The position numbers and the translations under genes are program-made. Shown piece after piece: positions 38,388-50,291 of a DNA stretch of 64,000 bases. Under the pieces are notes generated by a model. That model was not told the origin of the DNA and searched no databases. It was given only the letters and a program-made list of their open reading frames with translations. The stretch covers positions 164,858,001 through 164,922,000 of the forward strand of contig OZ024743.1 in assembly GCA_964016885.1 (NCBI GenBank). The letters run 5' to 3'. Within the stretch, counting starts at the first letter, position 1. Every line of letters starts with the position of its first letter. Source of the stretch: Eledone cirrhosa (taxonomy: Eukaryota).

Positions 38388-39182
38388 ATTATTATTATTA
38401 TTATTGTTCTTTGAGTCTCAGTCATTGATGTTATTTAACTGGAAAGTTTGTTGAAATGCATATCAAGCCACTACCTGCAGCCTCAGATATTCAGGACGTA
38501 TCGGAGGGTTCTTGCTGTTCCCAGCAAGCATGCCGTTTGAAGTGTTCCAAAAAGCGGGGCGGGACCAATTTTCTTGGAAACCCTTTGAGATAGTACCTAG
38601 TGCGCCTATGACAATCGGGACCACTTTGACCTCATGGCAGTTCCAAATCCTTTTTACCTTCCACTTTAAGTCCTGGTATCGGTTAATTTTCTCCCTCTCT
38701 TTCTCTTGCACTCTCGTGTCGAATGGGCAGGCCACATTCACAATCAGGCACGATCTTTTTTCCTTGTCCAAAACCACCAGGTCAGGTCTATTGTGTTCCA
38801 GTTTCTTGTCCGTCTGTATCCTAAAATCCCACAGCACCTTCACCTGATCGTTTTCTATCACCGACTTTGGCTTATGCTCATACCACTTCTCAGAATGTGG
38901 TAAATTGTTTACTTTGCATAGGTGCCAGTGGATCACCCTGCCCATCACATCATGTCTCCAGCCTTTGTAGTGAGTCTGGGCTAGGTGTTTACACTCGGAT
39001 ACAATGTGAGCCACAGTCTCCTCTCTCTCTCCACTGATCCTGTACAGTGGGCTAGCCTCCTCCTTGTAAATATGGTGTTTCAGCCACTTCGTTTTGAGAG
39101 CCTGCTCTTGCGCAGCCATTAACATTCCTTCTGTAACCTTTTTAAGGTCTCCTCTTTTCAACCAGTTCCATGTCTGTGGATC
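38388..39182 (-). mobile_element. Second R4/Dong-clade LINE 3' fragment with (TAA)n end
   Basis: EGMLMAAQEQAL, ETVAHIVSEC, RHD, VLWDFRIQTD..HNRPDL, RYQDL, VPIVIGALG. Confidence 0.88.
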
Positions 39183-39184
39183 CC

Positions 39185-42100
39185 TGTTCAGGCGTTTTGA
39201 ACTGTCTGACAGGTACCGATTGGATTTCCCGAATGTGCCAATGTGGACTTGGACAAATCGTATCGGGTCATCCAGATCATAACTAGATAGAGTATTTTGT
39301 AGGGAAATAGATAGGTCTAGCATAAGCTGTCCACAATTCAAGATAGTCAGCTATACGGACCATAAATTCGTGATCTGTGTGCTTGACTTAGATAGGCTTC
39401 ATAGACAAGGACCCGGCTACCGGAAGCTAAACGCGTCCTTACCAGCGCGCAAGGTCTACAGAGACCGGATTAGCGAACTAGTTAAGCGAGTGTTGACGGG
39501 AGCCATCGTCAACAAGTGGTGGTTTGCTCTGAAAAGAGCGATTAGAATAGAGTCCATTAGGTTTAGTAAGGCTTTAGCTATAGGGAAAAATAGAGCAGAG
39601 GGAGAACTAGTTTGAAAATTAGACGAGGCGCTTAGCAAAGGCATCGCAACTGACGTACTTGCGGCGAAATTGGCCCTTGATCAATTCTTCAATGCAAAGC
39701 ACGAATGCTGCGTTGTCAGAGCTAGGGCGCGTGCTCTCAGACACGAGGGGACGAAAGCCGTTCAATGGGCCCGAGTGGCGGAGGCGCGTCGTGGCAACAA
39801 AGCCACGATCCGGTTTTGGTGGACCACGAGGGGCGCATGCTACTCGATCCCGGGCAAATGTGTGAAGCTTTTCAGCGACACTTCGCTCAACTGTTCGGGG
39901 GAAGCGGCGGGCCGGATCGAGGGATGGACTTTAGTGTCTACCTCGACCGACTGCCGCGGCTCTCGGCCACTGAGGCTGAGTGTTGCGAAAAGCCGAGAAC
40001 AGCCGCTGAAGTACGGAAGGCAATGACTGGCTGCACGAGGGGTAAATCGCCTGGTTTGGATGGTCTGCCCTATGAACTTTACGTACAGATGCCAGACTTG
40101 TTCGGAGGCCTCTTGGCAGACGTCTACTGCAACTGGCAACAGAACAGGAGAATTCCCAGCTCTGTGAGCCGACGAGCGGTGACGCTGCTGAGAAAGGATC
40201 CAAACAAGGGGGATAACATAGATAATTTCAGGCCCATAACTCTGCTAAACACAGAGTTCAAGATTTTGGCCAAGGTGCTAGCAAAGAGGTTGGCGCTTGT
40301 CGTTGGTGATCTGGTGGGAGAGGCGCAGACATGCGCCATTCCCGACAGATCCATCCACCTCATGCGATACATCGTAGAGAGGGTAGCTAGGGAACCTGGC
40401 ACGGGTGGGTCCTTGATCAATTTAGATCAGTCGAAAGCTTTCGATAGGGTCGACCATCGTTACCTAGCGGCAGTCCTGAGGGCGGCTGGCTTTGGGCCCG
40501 TCTTCAGAGGCTGGATCGCTGCCATGCACAGCGACATCTGCTCTGTGGTGAGAGTGAACGGTCACCTTTCGGAACCGTTCAACATCATGCGCTCGGTCCG
40601 CCAAGGATGTCCCCTCTCGTCCCTCTTGTACGTATTGACTCTCGAGCCATTACTGCACAAACTGGAGACGTTGAGGGGCGTCCCGCGCGAACTAGGATGC
40701 GGAAGATCCGTGTCAGCATATGCGGACGATGTCACCGTAGTGGTGTCGAACGCCAAACACATCGAGGCGATCGGCACTACACTAAGAGAATACGAAGCGG
40801 TGACAGGAGCAATGATCAACCAGGAAAAGTCAGTGGGCCTGCAGCTCGGCACCTGGAGAGGCAGGTCCATGCCGTCCAACAGCGTCGTCGGGCGCTGGAC
40901 GGACGGGCCGGTTAAAATTGCTAGGGGTCTGGTTCGATCCGGACCTCCAGACGGACAAAAACTGGGACGAGGTGACGAGCAGGGTGGCTTCTCTCACCCA
41001 GAAATGGGCGGAGAGGAAGCTATCCCTGAAAGGTCGAGCGGAGGTGGCTAACGCGTACACTGCGTCCGTCCTCTACTACCGCCTGACCGTCGTACCTTAT
41101 CCTAAGCCCCGCCTGAGTGCGCTGGAGCGTTTGCTCTTTCGCTTTTTGTGGAAGGGACGCACTCCGATGGTCAGGCGGTCCAACTGTTGTCAAGACCCGC
41201 TACATGGAGGGCTGGGCATGCCGTGGCTGATGATGCGCAGACACGTGCTCAGGCTACGACATCTCCACCTCTTCCTCGGCGCTGATCAGGTGTGGTCGCC
41301 GTTTGCTAGACGCGTCTTTCCCCAGCTCGTTTCCTTGACGGAGCTGCAGTCCTGGGTCAAGCGAAGACCGAGAGGGAGCGCTTGGAGACTGGAATGTCTT
41401 CAGGCGCTCACAGCCCTCGACCAATCGGGCAATGTGATCGGTGGAAACTCCACCTCGGCGTTCTATAGAGGATTAGTGGAGGAGAAGAGCGACGACGTAC
41501 TTGAGGAAACTCTAGGCGTCGACGAAAATCAACTAGCCAATCTCTTCGGAAGAACTTTCGGGCCAGGGCCTATGGACAACTTCCAGAAATTCCTGGCCTG
41601 GCAGTGCTACCGAGGAGCCTTGCCAGTTCGGGATAAACTCTACAGGCATGGAGGTGCCGTCAGCCGGGCATGTCCGAGAGGCACGCAGAGCGACGAAACC
41701 GTCCTGCACGCACTCGTCCAGTGTCCGAGAATTGCTGACTTGTGGGTTTATGTCGAACACCTGCTGTCACGTATAGGACGGATCCGGCTATCAGCTGAGT
41801 CCATCGTGAGGATTGCCCCGCCCTCTTCCTTTAGCCGGGAAGAGCAGGCAGATTTTATCTGTCTGGTGGCCATGGCAAAAGAGATAGTATGGTGGACACG
41901 TTTGAAAGGGCTGAAGACGAGCACTTACCTCTTCGGTGATGCCCTGATTAACTTTTTCAAATTTCATTTAAAAAGGAAAATCAGGGTAGAGAGGAGTACT
42001 CTCTTCCCAGCATTTTATTGAAAGATGGGTGAGAAAGCAAGAATGGCCCGAGTGAATGGGTCTACTCTGAGTATGTGTCTGTAAATTAAAGGTGGAAAAC

Positions 42101-42335
42101 TGGGAGAGGGTACTTGCCTTGGTGGTCAGGGTCACTGTGGCCTTTTAATGGGCTTTCTCCACAAATGTCCCTCCGAAGTCTCCCCCCTATTGGGGAATTT
42201 TTCATTGTTATTTTTATTACATCCTCTGTTTTCGTTTTTTTACACGCAGAAATGCCCATTTGTACCGTCCTGTATTGTCCTGTACTGTCCTTAATGTCTA
42301 CTTTATGTAAACCCTTGTGGTTAATAAAGAAAGTA
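39185..42335 (+). mobile_element. L1/Tx1-clade LINE, second copy, with APE C-terminus and frameshifted RT
   Basis: Highly similar to 25027-27905; WTWTNR..SR..LDRV, YTDHK, YADD; AATAAA and ATT tail. Confidence 0.95.
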
Positions 42336-42484
42336 TTATTATTATTGCTATTGTCATTGTTTGTCCTTTTCCTTCAGTATTGTTTTCGATATATGCCAAG
42401 TGTCTTCCTGACACCTAGGGTGAATAAACTCACTGTAGAACATTGGTAAACCAGTTAACAGTGATTATAATTTGCAGCTTAAAA

Positions 42485-42765
<281 letters not shown>

Positions 42766-42902
42766 ATTGGAATAAATGCTCTGAAATAGCGATATATATG
42801 TGAATATAGACATAGAATATTCGAAAATATTCTGTATGTTTATAATAAACATTTTGAAGACCTAATCGCTATAGAATAGAATACGTCACGTATTACAATT
42901 AG

Positions 42903-42991
42903 ATTCTCGATAAAAGCAAGGGAAGTAATCTACGCGTTTCATTCTTATTAGAAATCTTCAGGACCACATATCCAGTGCTTTTATCGAGAAT
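42903..42991 (-). ncRNA. Type I hammerhead ribozyme (unit 1)
   Basis: attctcgataaaagca..gtggtc-CTGAAGA-t-ttct-aata-agaa-t-GAAA-cgcg-TA-gattac..tgcttttatcgagaat. Confidence 0.85.
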
Positions 42992-43212
42992 GACACAGCT
43001 AGAGACTTATAGAATACTTAGCTGTGTACAGGAACTGGTTTGAAAGAGCGGTTGCCGGTCCGGCAGAAATTAGAAATTGGAATAAATGCTCTGAAATAGC
43101 GATATATATGTGAATATAGACATAGAATATTCGAAAATATTCTGTATGTTTATAATAAACATTTTGAAGACCTAATCGCTATAGAATAGAATACGTCACG
43201 TATTACAATTAG

Positions 43213-43301
43213 ATTCTCGATAAAAGCAAGGGAAGTAATCTACGCGTTTCATTCTTATTAGAAATCTTCAGGACCACATATCCAGTGCTTTTATCGAGAA
43301 T
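43213..43301 (-). ncRNA. Type I hammerhead ribozyme (unit 2)
   Basis: Same sequence as unit 1. Confidence 0.85.
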
Positions 43302-43522
43302 GACACAGCTAGAGACTTATAGAATACTTAGCTGTGTACAGGAACTGGTTTGAAAGAGCGGTTGCCGGTCCGGCAGAAATTAGAAATTGGAATAAATGCT
43401 CTGAAATAGCGATATATATGTGAATATAGACATAGAATATTCGAAAATATTCTGTATGTTTATAATAAACATTTTGAAGACCTAATCGCTATAGAATAGA
43501 ATACGTCACGTATTACAATTAG

Positions 43523-43611
43523 ATTCTCGATAAAAGCAAGGGAAGTAATCTACGCGTTTCATTCTTATTAGAAATCTTCAGGACCACATATCCAGTGCTT
43601 TTATCGAGAAT
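43523..43611 (-). ncRNA. Type I hammerhead ribozyme (unit 3)
   Basis: Same sequence as unit 1. Confidence 0.85.
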
Positions 43612-43832
43612 GACACAGCTAGAGACTTATAGAATACTTAGCTGTGTACAGGAACTGGTTTGAAAGAGCGGTTGCCGGTCCGGCAGAAATTAGAAATTGG
43701 AATAAATGCTCTGAAATAGCGATATATATGTGAATATAGACATAGAATATTCGAAAATATTCTGTATGTTTATAATAAACATTTTGAAGACCTAATCGCT
43801 ATAGAATAGAATACGTCACGTATTACAATTAG

Positions 43833-43921
43833 ATTCTCGATAAAAGCAAGGGAAGTAATCTACGCGTTTCATTCTTATTAGAAATCTTCAGGACCACATA
43901 TCCAGTGCTTTTATCGAGAAT
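43833..43921 (-). ncRNA. Type I hammerhead ribozyme (unit 4)
   Basis: Same sequence as unit 1. Confidence 0.85.
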
Positions 43922-44121
43922 GACACAGCTAGAGACTTATAGAATACTTAGCTGTGTACAGGAACTGGTTTGAAAGAGCGGTTGCCGGTCCGGCAGAAAT
44001 TAGAAATTGATCGCTATTTCAGAGCATTTATTCCAATTTCTAATTTCTGCCGGACCGGCAACCGCTCTTTCAAACCAGTTCCTGTACACAGCTAAGTATT
44101 CTATAAGTCTCTAGCTGTGTC

Positions 44122-44210
44122 ATTCTCGATAAAAGCACTGGATATGTGGTCCTGAAGATTTCTAATAAGAATGAAACGCGTAGATTACTTCCCTTGCTTT
44201 TATCGAGAAT
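44122..44210 (+). ncRNA. Type I hammerhead ribozyme (inverted unit)
   Basis: Core CTGAAGA at 44152-44158, GAAA at 44173-44176, predicted cleavage after GTA at 44182. Confidence 0.85.
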
Positions 44211-44350
44211 CTAATTGTAATACGTGACGTATTCTATTCTATAGCGATTAGGTCTTCAAAATGTTTATTATAAACATACAGAATATTTTCGAATATTCTA
44301 TGTCTATATTCATATATATATATGTACATATATATATATATATATATATA

Positions 44351-44527
<177 letters not shown>

Positions 44528-44570
44528 TTATATATATATATATATATATATGTATATTTATATATATATA

Positions 44571-44611
<41 letters not shown>

Positions 44612-44859
44612 TATATAGGTAAGTTATTCCGGGCTGAATCGGAGGTAACCACAGTAAGTAAGGTACACAATACATAGCAGAGTATAAAAGTTTTAATATA
44701 GATGAGATTATGCAGGACTACAACTGTTTCATTCTTGAGAAATCATCAAGAATGAAACAGTTCTAGTCCTGTAGAATCTCATCTATATTATATATATCAT
44801 ATATATATATATATATATATATAAAAGTTTACATATATATATACATACATATACATATA

Positions 44860-45467
<608 letters not shown>

Positions 45468-45893
45468 TTAGATTAATATATATATATGTATGTAAAAGGT
45501 AAACAGAAATAACAACACAATCGGTACAGTATATGGAAGGGATATATTAGGTTAACGCTTGATATAGCAGGAAGGGGGTTATAATGTTTCGGAGGCTCGA
45601 CCTTCGTCAGAATAAAGAACGAGAAATAAGATAGATTGAAGTGATGGGCGGGTGGGAATTGGAAAAAATGTTTTTAGATAAAAATAACAGGTCCATTCAT
45701 GTTGACATCTCTTGCAAAACTGCTGGTGCTGGCGTTTTGTGTATGATTTACTTTTTAGAAAAGTGGATGATGGAGCGCGTCTATATATATATATATTGGT
45801 AAAAGGAAAAGAAAATGCTGACAAATTGTTCCCAGTGAAAAATAGTTTAATTAGGAATAAGGAAAAATTAGTAATAGTATTGGTTAGTATTCA

Positions 45894-45954
<61 letters not shown>

Positions 45955-45959
<5 letters not shown>

Positions 45960-48808
45960 CCAAAAAATAAAATATAATAATTTAATTTTAAAAGTACTGA
46001 GGAAAAACTATAAAAAGGCCTCAAGCGAGGATTTATTGGACATAAATAAGAAAGCATATAACATTATCACCAATCTAGGAATCAAGCGTAAAACAGAACC
46101 TTTCATACCAAAACACCCGAGGATTAATATGAAAGACCATAAAAATCTTTGAGGAAAATTTACCAGTAAGACCTTCTAAATCTGATCTAGGAATCATTAG
46201 CAAGAATATAATAGGTAGGATTACACCAACACTTAAATTGAAATCACAACTAAATCTATGGAAAGGTACAAGTGAAGTTATCGATTGTTTCATAAATATT
46301 AAACATAAAAAAATTATAAGTTTATTCAAATGGATATAGCCAGTTATTATTCCTCGATAACTCCCAATCTATTGAATAAGGCGCTATCATATGCATACAA
46401 ACACACAGACCTATCTAGTGAGGAGATAAATATTATATTAACTGCAAGGCGAACTTTGATAGATTTTAATGATGATCTTTGGACTAGGGCTGATAGACAG
46501 AAGAATTTTGACATTACGATGGGTTCTTCGGAATCAGCCCAAGTCACAGATCTAGTGGACATTTTTATCCTTAACATGATAAATAGAAAATTGCCGGAGA
46601 TTACCGGAGGTTTATATAGGGACGACATACTATTTATTGTAGAAAAACATAAATATAGTAAAGAAAGCAATAATAGAATTTTTTTTTAAATTACGACCTG
46701 AAATTAGAAATAGAAAATAATAATAAAATAGTTAATTTTTGGGATGTGACTCTAAATCTTAACTCAAGCCTTTATTACCCTTTCCACAAAGTTAATGAGA
46801 ACATAAATTATGTTAGTTTTTATTCTAATCATCCTAAAAGTGTTAAGAATGTGATAGTCAACAGTGTACATCAAAGAATATCCAGGCTCTCTGCTAATAG
46901 ATCTATATTTAATACTAAGGCTATATAATATAATGAATCGCTACATAAATCTGGCTATAACAATAACATTGAGTATATAGATAAAAATACTGAAATCCAT
47001 CAAAATAAAATTAATTATAATCATAATAATCACCATAAAAATGAATATAAACACATCTGGATGAATAAATTGAAGAAAAAAGTAAGAACTAGATCTATAA
47101 TTTGGTATGCACCGCCAGCATCCTTAGGTATTAAGACACCTGTAGCACATTTATTTTTTAAAGCTTTAGATAAATGCTTCCCTAGTTCTCATAAATATTA
47201 CCCTATCTTCAATAGACACACAGTTAAACTCTCTTATTCAATTACTGTGAATATTGCTCAAAATATAGCAAAGATAAATAATAAGAATCTAAAATCAAAC
47301 CAACCTCTACTAAGCAATAATAATAATAATAATATATTAATTAATAAAAATAACAATAATAATAGTCTAAACATGAATAATAGTATAACGCCTTTAAATA
47401 GCAATGCGAATAGTATAATACCTGTAAATAACAATGTGAATAAATGTAATTGTAGAAATAGGTCCGAATGCCTTGATAAAAATCTTGTATATAAATGTAC
47501 CATTAAGGCAAATGGTAATATATATATAATTACATAGGTGTCTCTTCATCTAAATTTAAGGAACGTTGGTGTAATCACAGACGTACTTTTAATAGACCGG
47601 ACAAATAACACATTGAATATATGTAAATTTTGCCTAATTGAAGTAATAATTTATAGATATTTATATGTAACCTCATTGAGAGTTTTTTTATCCTACCAAT
47701 TGATTAGGATAGCTCAATATTTAACTAGACATCAATTAGGATATATACACTAGATATGTTAAGGTTCTTAAAATATCGCTGGACGCGAGAGAAGAGATTC
47801 CCTCTAAGTTATAAAATGTTTTACTTTGTCCGTAAACTTTTTTATTAGCTTGGGAAAAAACATATATAAAATATAGATTAATAAATAATAATTAATAGTT
47901 TAATAGACTATCATTAAAATTAAACAATATATATTAGAATAATTAAATATAGAAATAAATATAACCATTCATTAAGTGAAATAAAGTGGAGAATAAATCT
48001 AACCACAGTTACATTTTAAAAAATAAATGAAAATTAAAAAATAGCGAAGTTTCACATAAAGTGAATTTTGAATTAATTTAGATAATAAATGAACAAAATA
48101 TATATTGATGGGGATATATGCATTTTAATATATTTTAATGAATATTTAATAGTTATTTAATTAGGCAATAAAGATAAATTGTTTTAATGTTGTAGTATAA
48201 TATTAATAGAATATCTTACCTTATAATAAAACATTGTCATAATCTAGAATGAGCTAAATTAAATTAAATTAATTTAAGCATATAAATTTGTAATTAGCTT
48301 AAATATTTGATTGCTATAGAAATTAATCTATGCCTAATAATCTGGATATAATATAAACTTATAATTAACTAAAGCGTAATCCAATACAAGCGGTTTTCAC
48401 TGATAAATATTATGGAAAATTTTTTATTTTTTATTTAGTCTAGCATTTGAATACAACGGTTTTTTTTATCCTCCCCTTTATTTTATCCTTTCCTTTTCCT
48501 TTTCTTCGTTTTCTATAATTCCTTTCTTTTCTCTCTGCATCTTCCCTTTTCTTCTTTTCTTTATTTCCCTTCTTTTTTTCCCATCTTCCCTTTCAACTCC
48601 CCTTCTATATTTCTACCTTGCTTTACGTCCTCTTCTTCTCTAAGTTTGTCATATTATTTGTGGTATAAAAATGTTGAGGGTTGGTGAAATAAATTACTAC
48701 CACTACAGGAATTGAAGATTCAAGACCTTAGCGGTATGTCGCATATTCAATCTCTCATATATTTTATCTGATGAAAACGTACTGAAACACCATTGTACCT
48801 TTGAAATA
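45955..48808 (+). mobile_element. Naiad-type PLE: RT, GIY-YIG and 3' UTR; terminus continues at 50150-50215
   Basis: FIQMDIASYYSSI, FDITMGSSESAQVTDLV, GLYRDD, DVTLNL, YSNHP, WYAPP..IFNRHTVKLSYS, KCNCR..LVYKC; stops and frameshifts. Confidence 0.92.
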
Positions 48809-50149
48809 TCTATACTATAAAGCTGAGGGCCGTATGTAGGTAACAAACTTTCCGCCAAACGGCTGGACCAAACAGCGCCAAATTTGCACCATAGACGTAA
48901 CTTGTTCGAAGTAAAAAAGTGAGGGTATTTTTGTCTACTGAATTTTGTTAAAAGATTAAAGACATTATTTAAATATTCACTTCTTTAAAATTTCAAATGT
49001 CAACACTTCCGGTTATATGTTATTCCTCACTTTTTCTTATGACGTCGCACAACATTCCCCTCTATGTCTGGCTGTCTGCATTAGATAACGTTTTTCGAAA
49101 TATTTACTTCTGTGTTCACAGACGGATTTTTTTAGTTTCAGAAGATCCCGTTAAGGGTGAAAGCAGTGATTCTTTGCTTAAACTTTAATCTGTTATTTTA
49201 ATATATATATTCGTGTACAGATATTTTTGCATACACAAAATCAAAAACCTATTTATTTCACGAAAGCACAGACGGCTTATCGTCATTGTTACTGTTCGAA
49301 GTTAGAGGACCACAGTCTTTCCAAGATCTGAGAACCATCAATAGCTATCAATGTTCCACTTACCGTTTGGCTTGCCAGATGCGTGGTATGGTACACGATG
49401 ACAGCCATTGGCACCTCACCCTGCAAGAAGCAGCAACTGCTAAAGTCCCTTCTCAGCTGCGAAAACCTTTTGCTATTATGCTGCACAACTGCGATCTCGC
49501 CTACCCTCTCGTAATGTGGAACAACCACCGTGAAAGTCTAGCTGAGGACATCCTCCACCGCACACGCAGACACAATCCAAACGTAACATACGATGTCGTT
49601 TTCAATGAGGGGCTCATTTGTCTTGAAAACAGTGTCCTGGAGATGGTAGGTGGTAGGCCTCTAAGACACTACAGCTTACCTGCTCCTGACAGGAGTGTCC
49701 AGAGGTCAACGTCTACAGAGCTTCTCCGCGAGATGAGCTGCGAAATCAGTGATTCTCCCATGGTCAATTGTATGTAGGATGATTTAGGGTGAGCTCGCCA
49801 AACAATCTCTTCATCTTTGCTCCGGAGGGCCGAACAAAGAATATTGTATACTCTGAGGCTCTAACAATGTAATTTAAATATTTTCTGTTACTTTGAATTT
49901 CCATTATGGTTGTACAAATCATTGTTTGTTAAAAAATGTGTTCTCTGTTCAGCCTTTATCGTTGTAATTATCGGGGATCCTAAAAACTATTCAAACTCAA
50001 CATCAGAGCACGTTACCCCCCCCCCCCCCCCGCCCCTCGCTCGCTGACTTGAGAGGGCGGGTGGTATCTTTGTACTGGACTGTAGGGGGATACCTGAAAA
50101 TATAAATGCCGGTATACCTGGCCGGTCGCTAGCCGGACGGGCCAGCTAG
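48809..50149 (+). mobile_element. Internally deleted Helitron
   Basis: A|TCTATACTATAAA...ccggtcgctagccgg hairpin..CTAG|T; coding remnants VRGPQSFQDLRTI and FSHGQLYV..RV..TKNIVYSEAL (helicase C-terminus). Confidence 0.9.
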
Positions 50150-50211
50150 TGTATAATAAAATATATATTTTGGTTATGAGAATATTTTTCATTTTTTAAT
50201 ATTTTGAATAA

Positions 50212-50289
<78 letters not shown>

Positions 50290-50291
<2 letters not shown>

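Larger units (their letters stand above)
42766..44318. mobile_element. 310-bp tandem array (4 units) plus one inverted, permuted unit; one HHR per unit; retrozyme-like
   Basis: Units start at 42766, 43076, 43386 and 43696; inversion at 44010; no ORF. Confidence 0.85.

Noticed and set aside
38463-39341. Novel 292-aa fusion protein
   Set aside because: Chance read-through from antisense Tx1 sequence into an R4 fragment
45575-45620. Minus-strand HHR ctgacga-aggtcgagcctcc-gaaa
   Set aside because: The core is present but stems I and III are poor; at most a decayed pLTR motif
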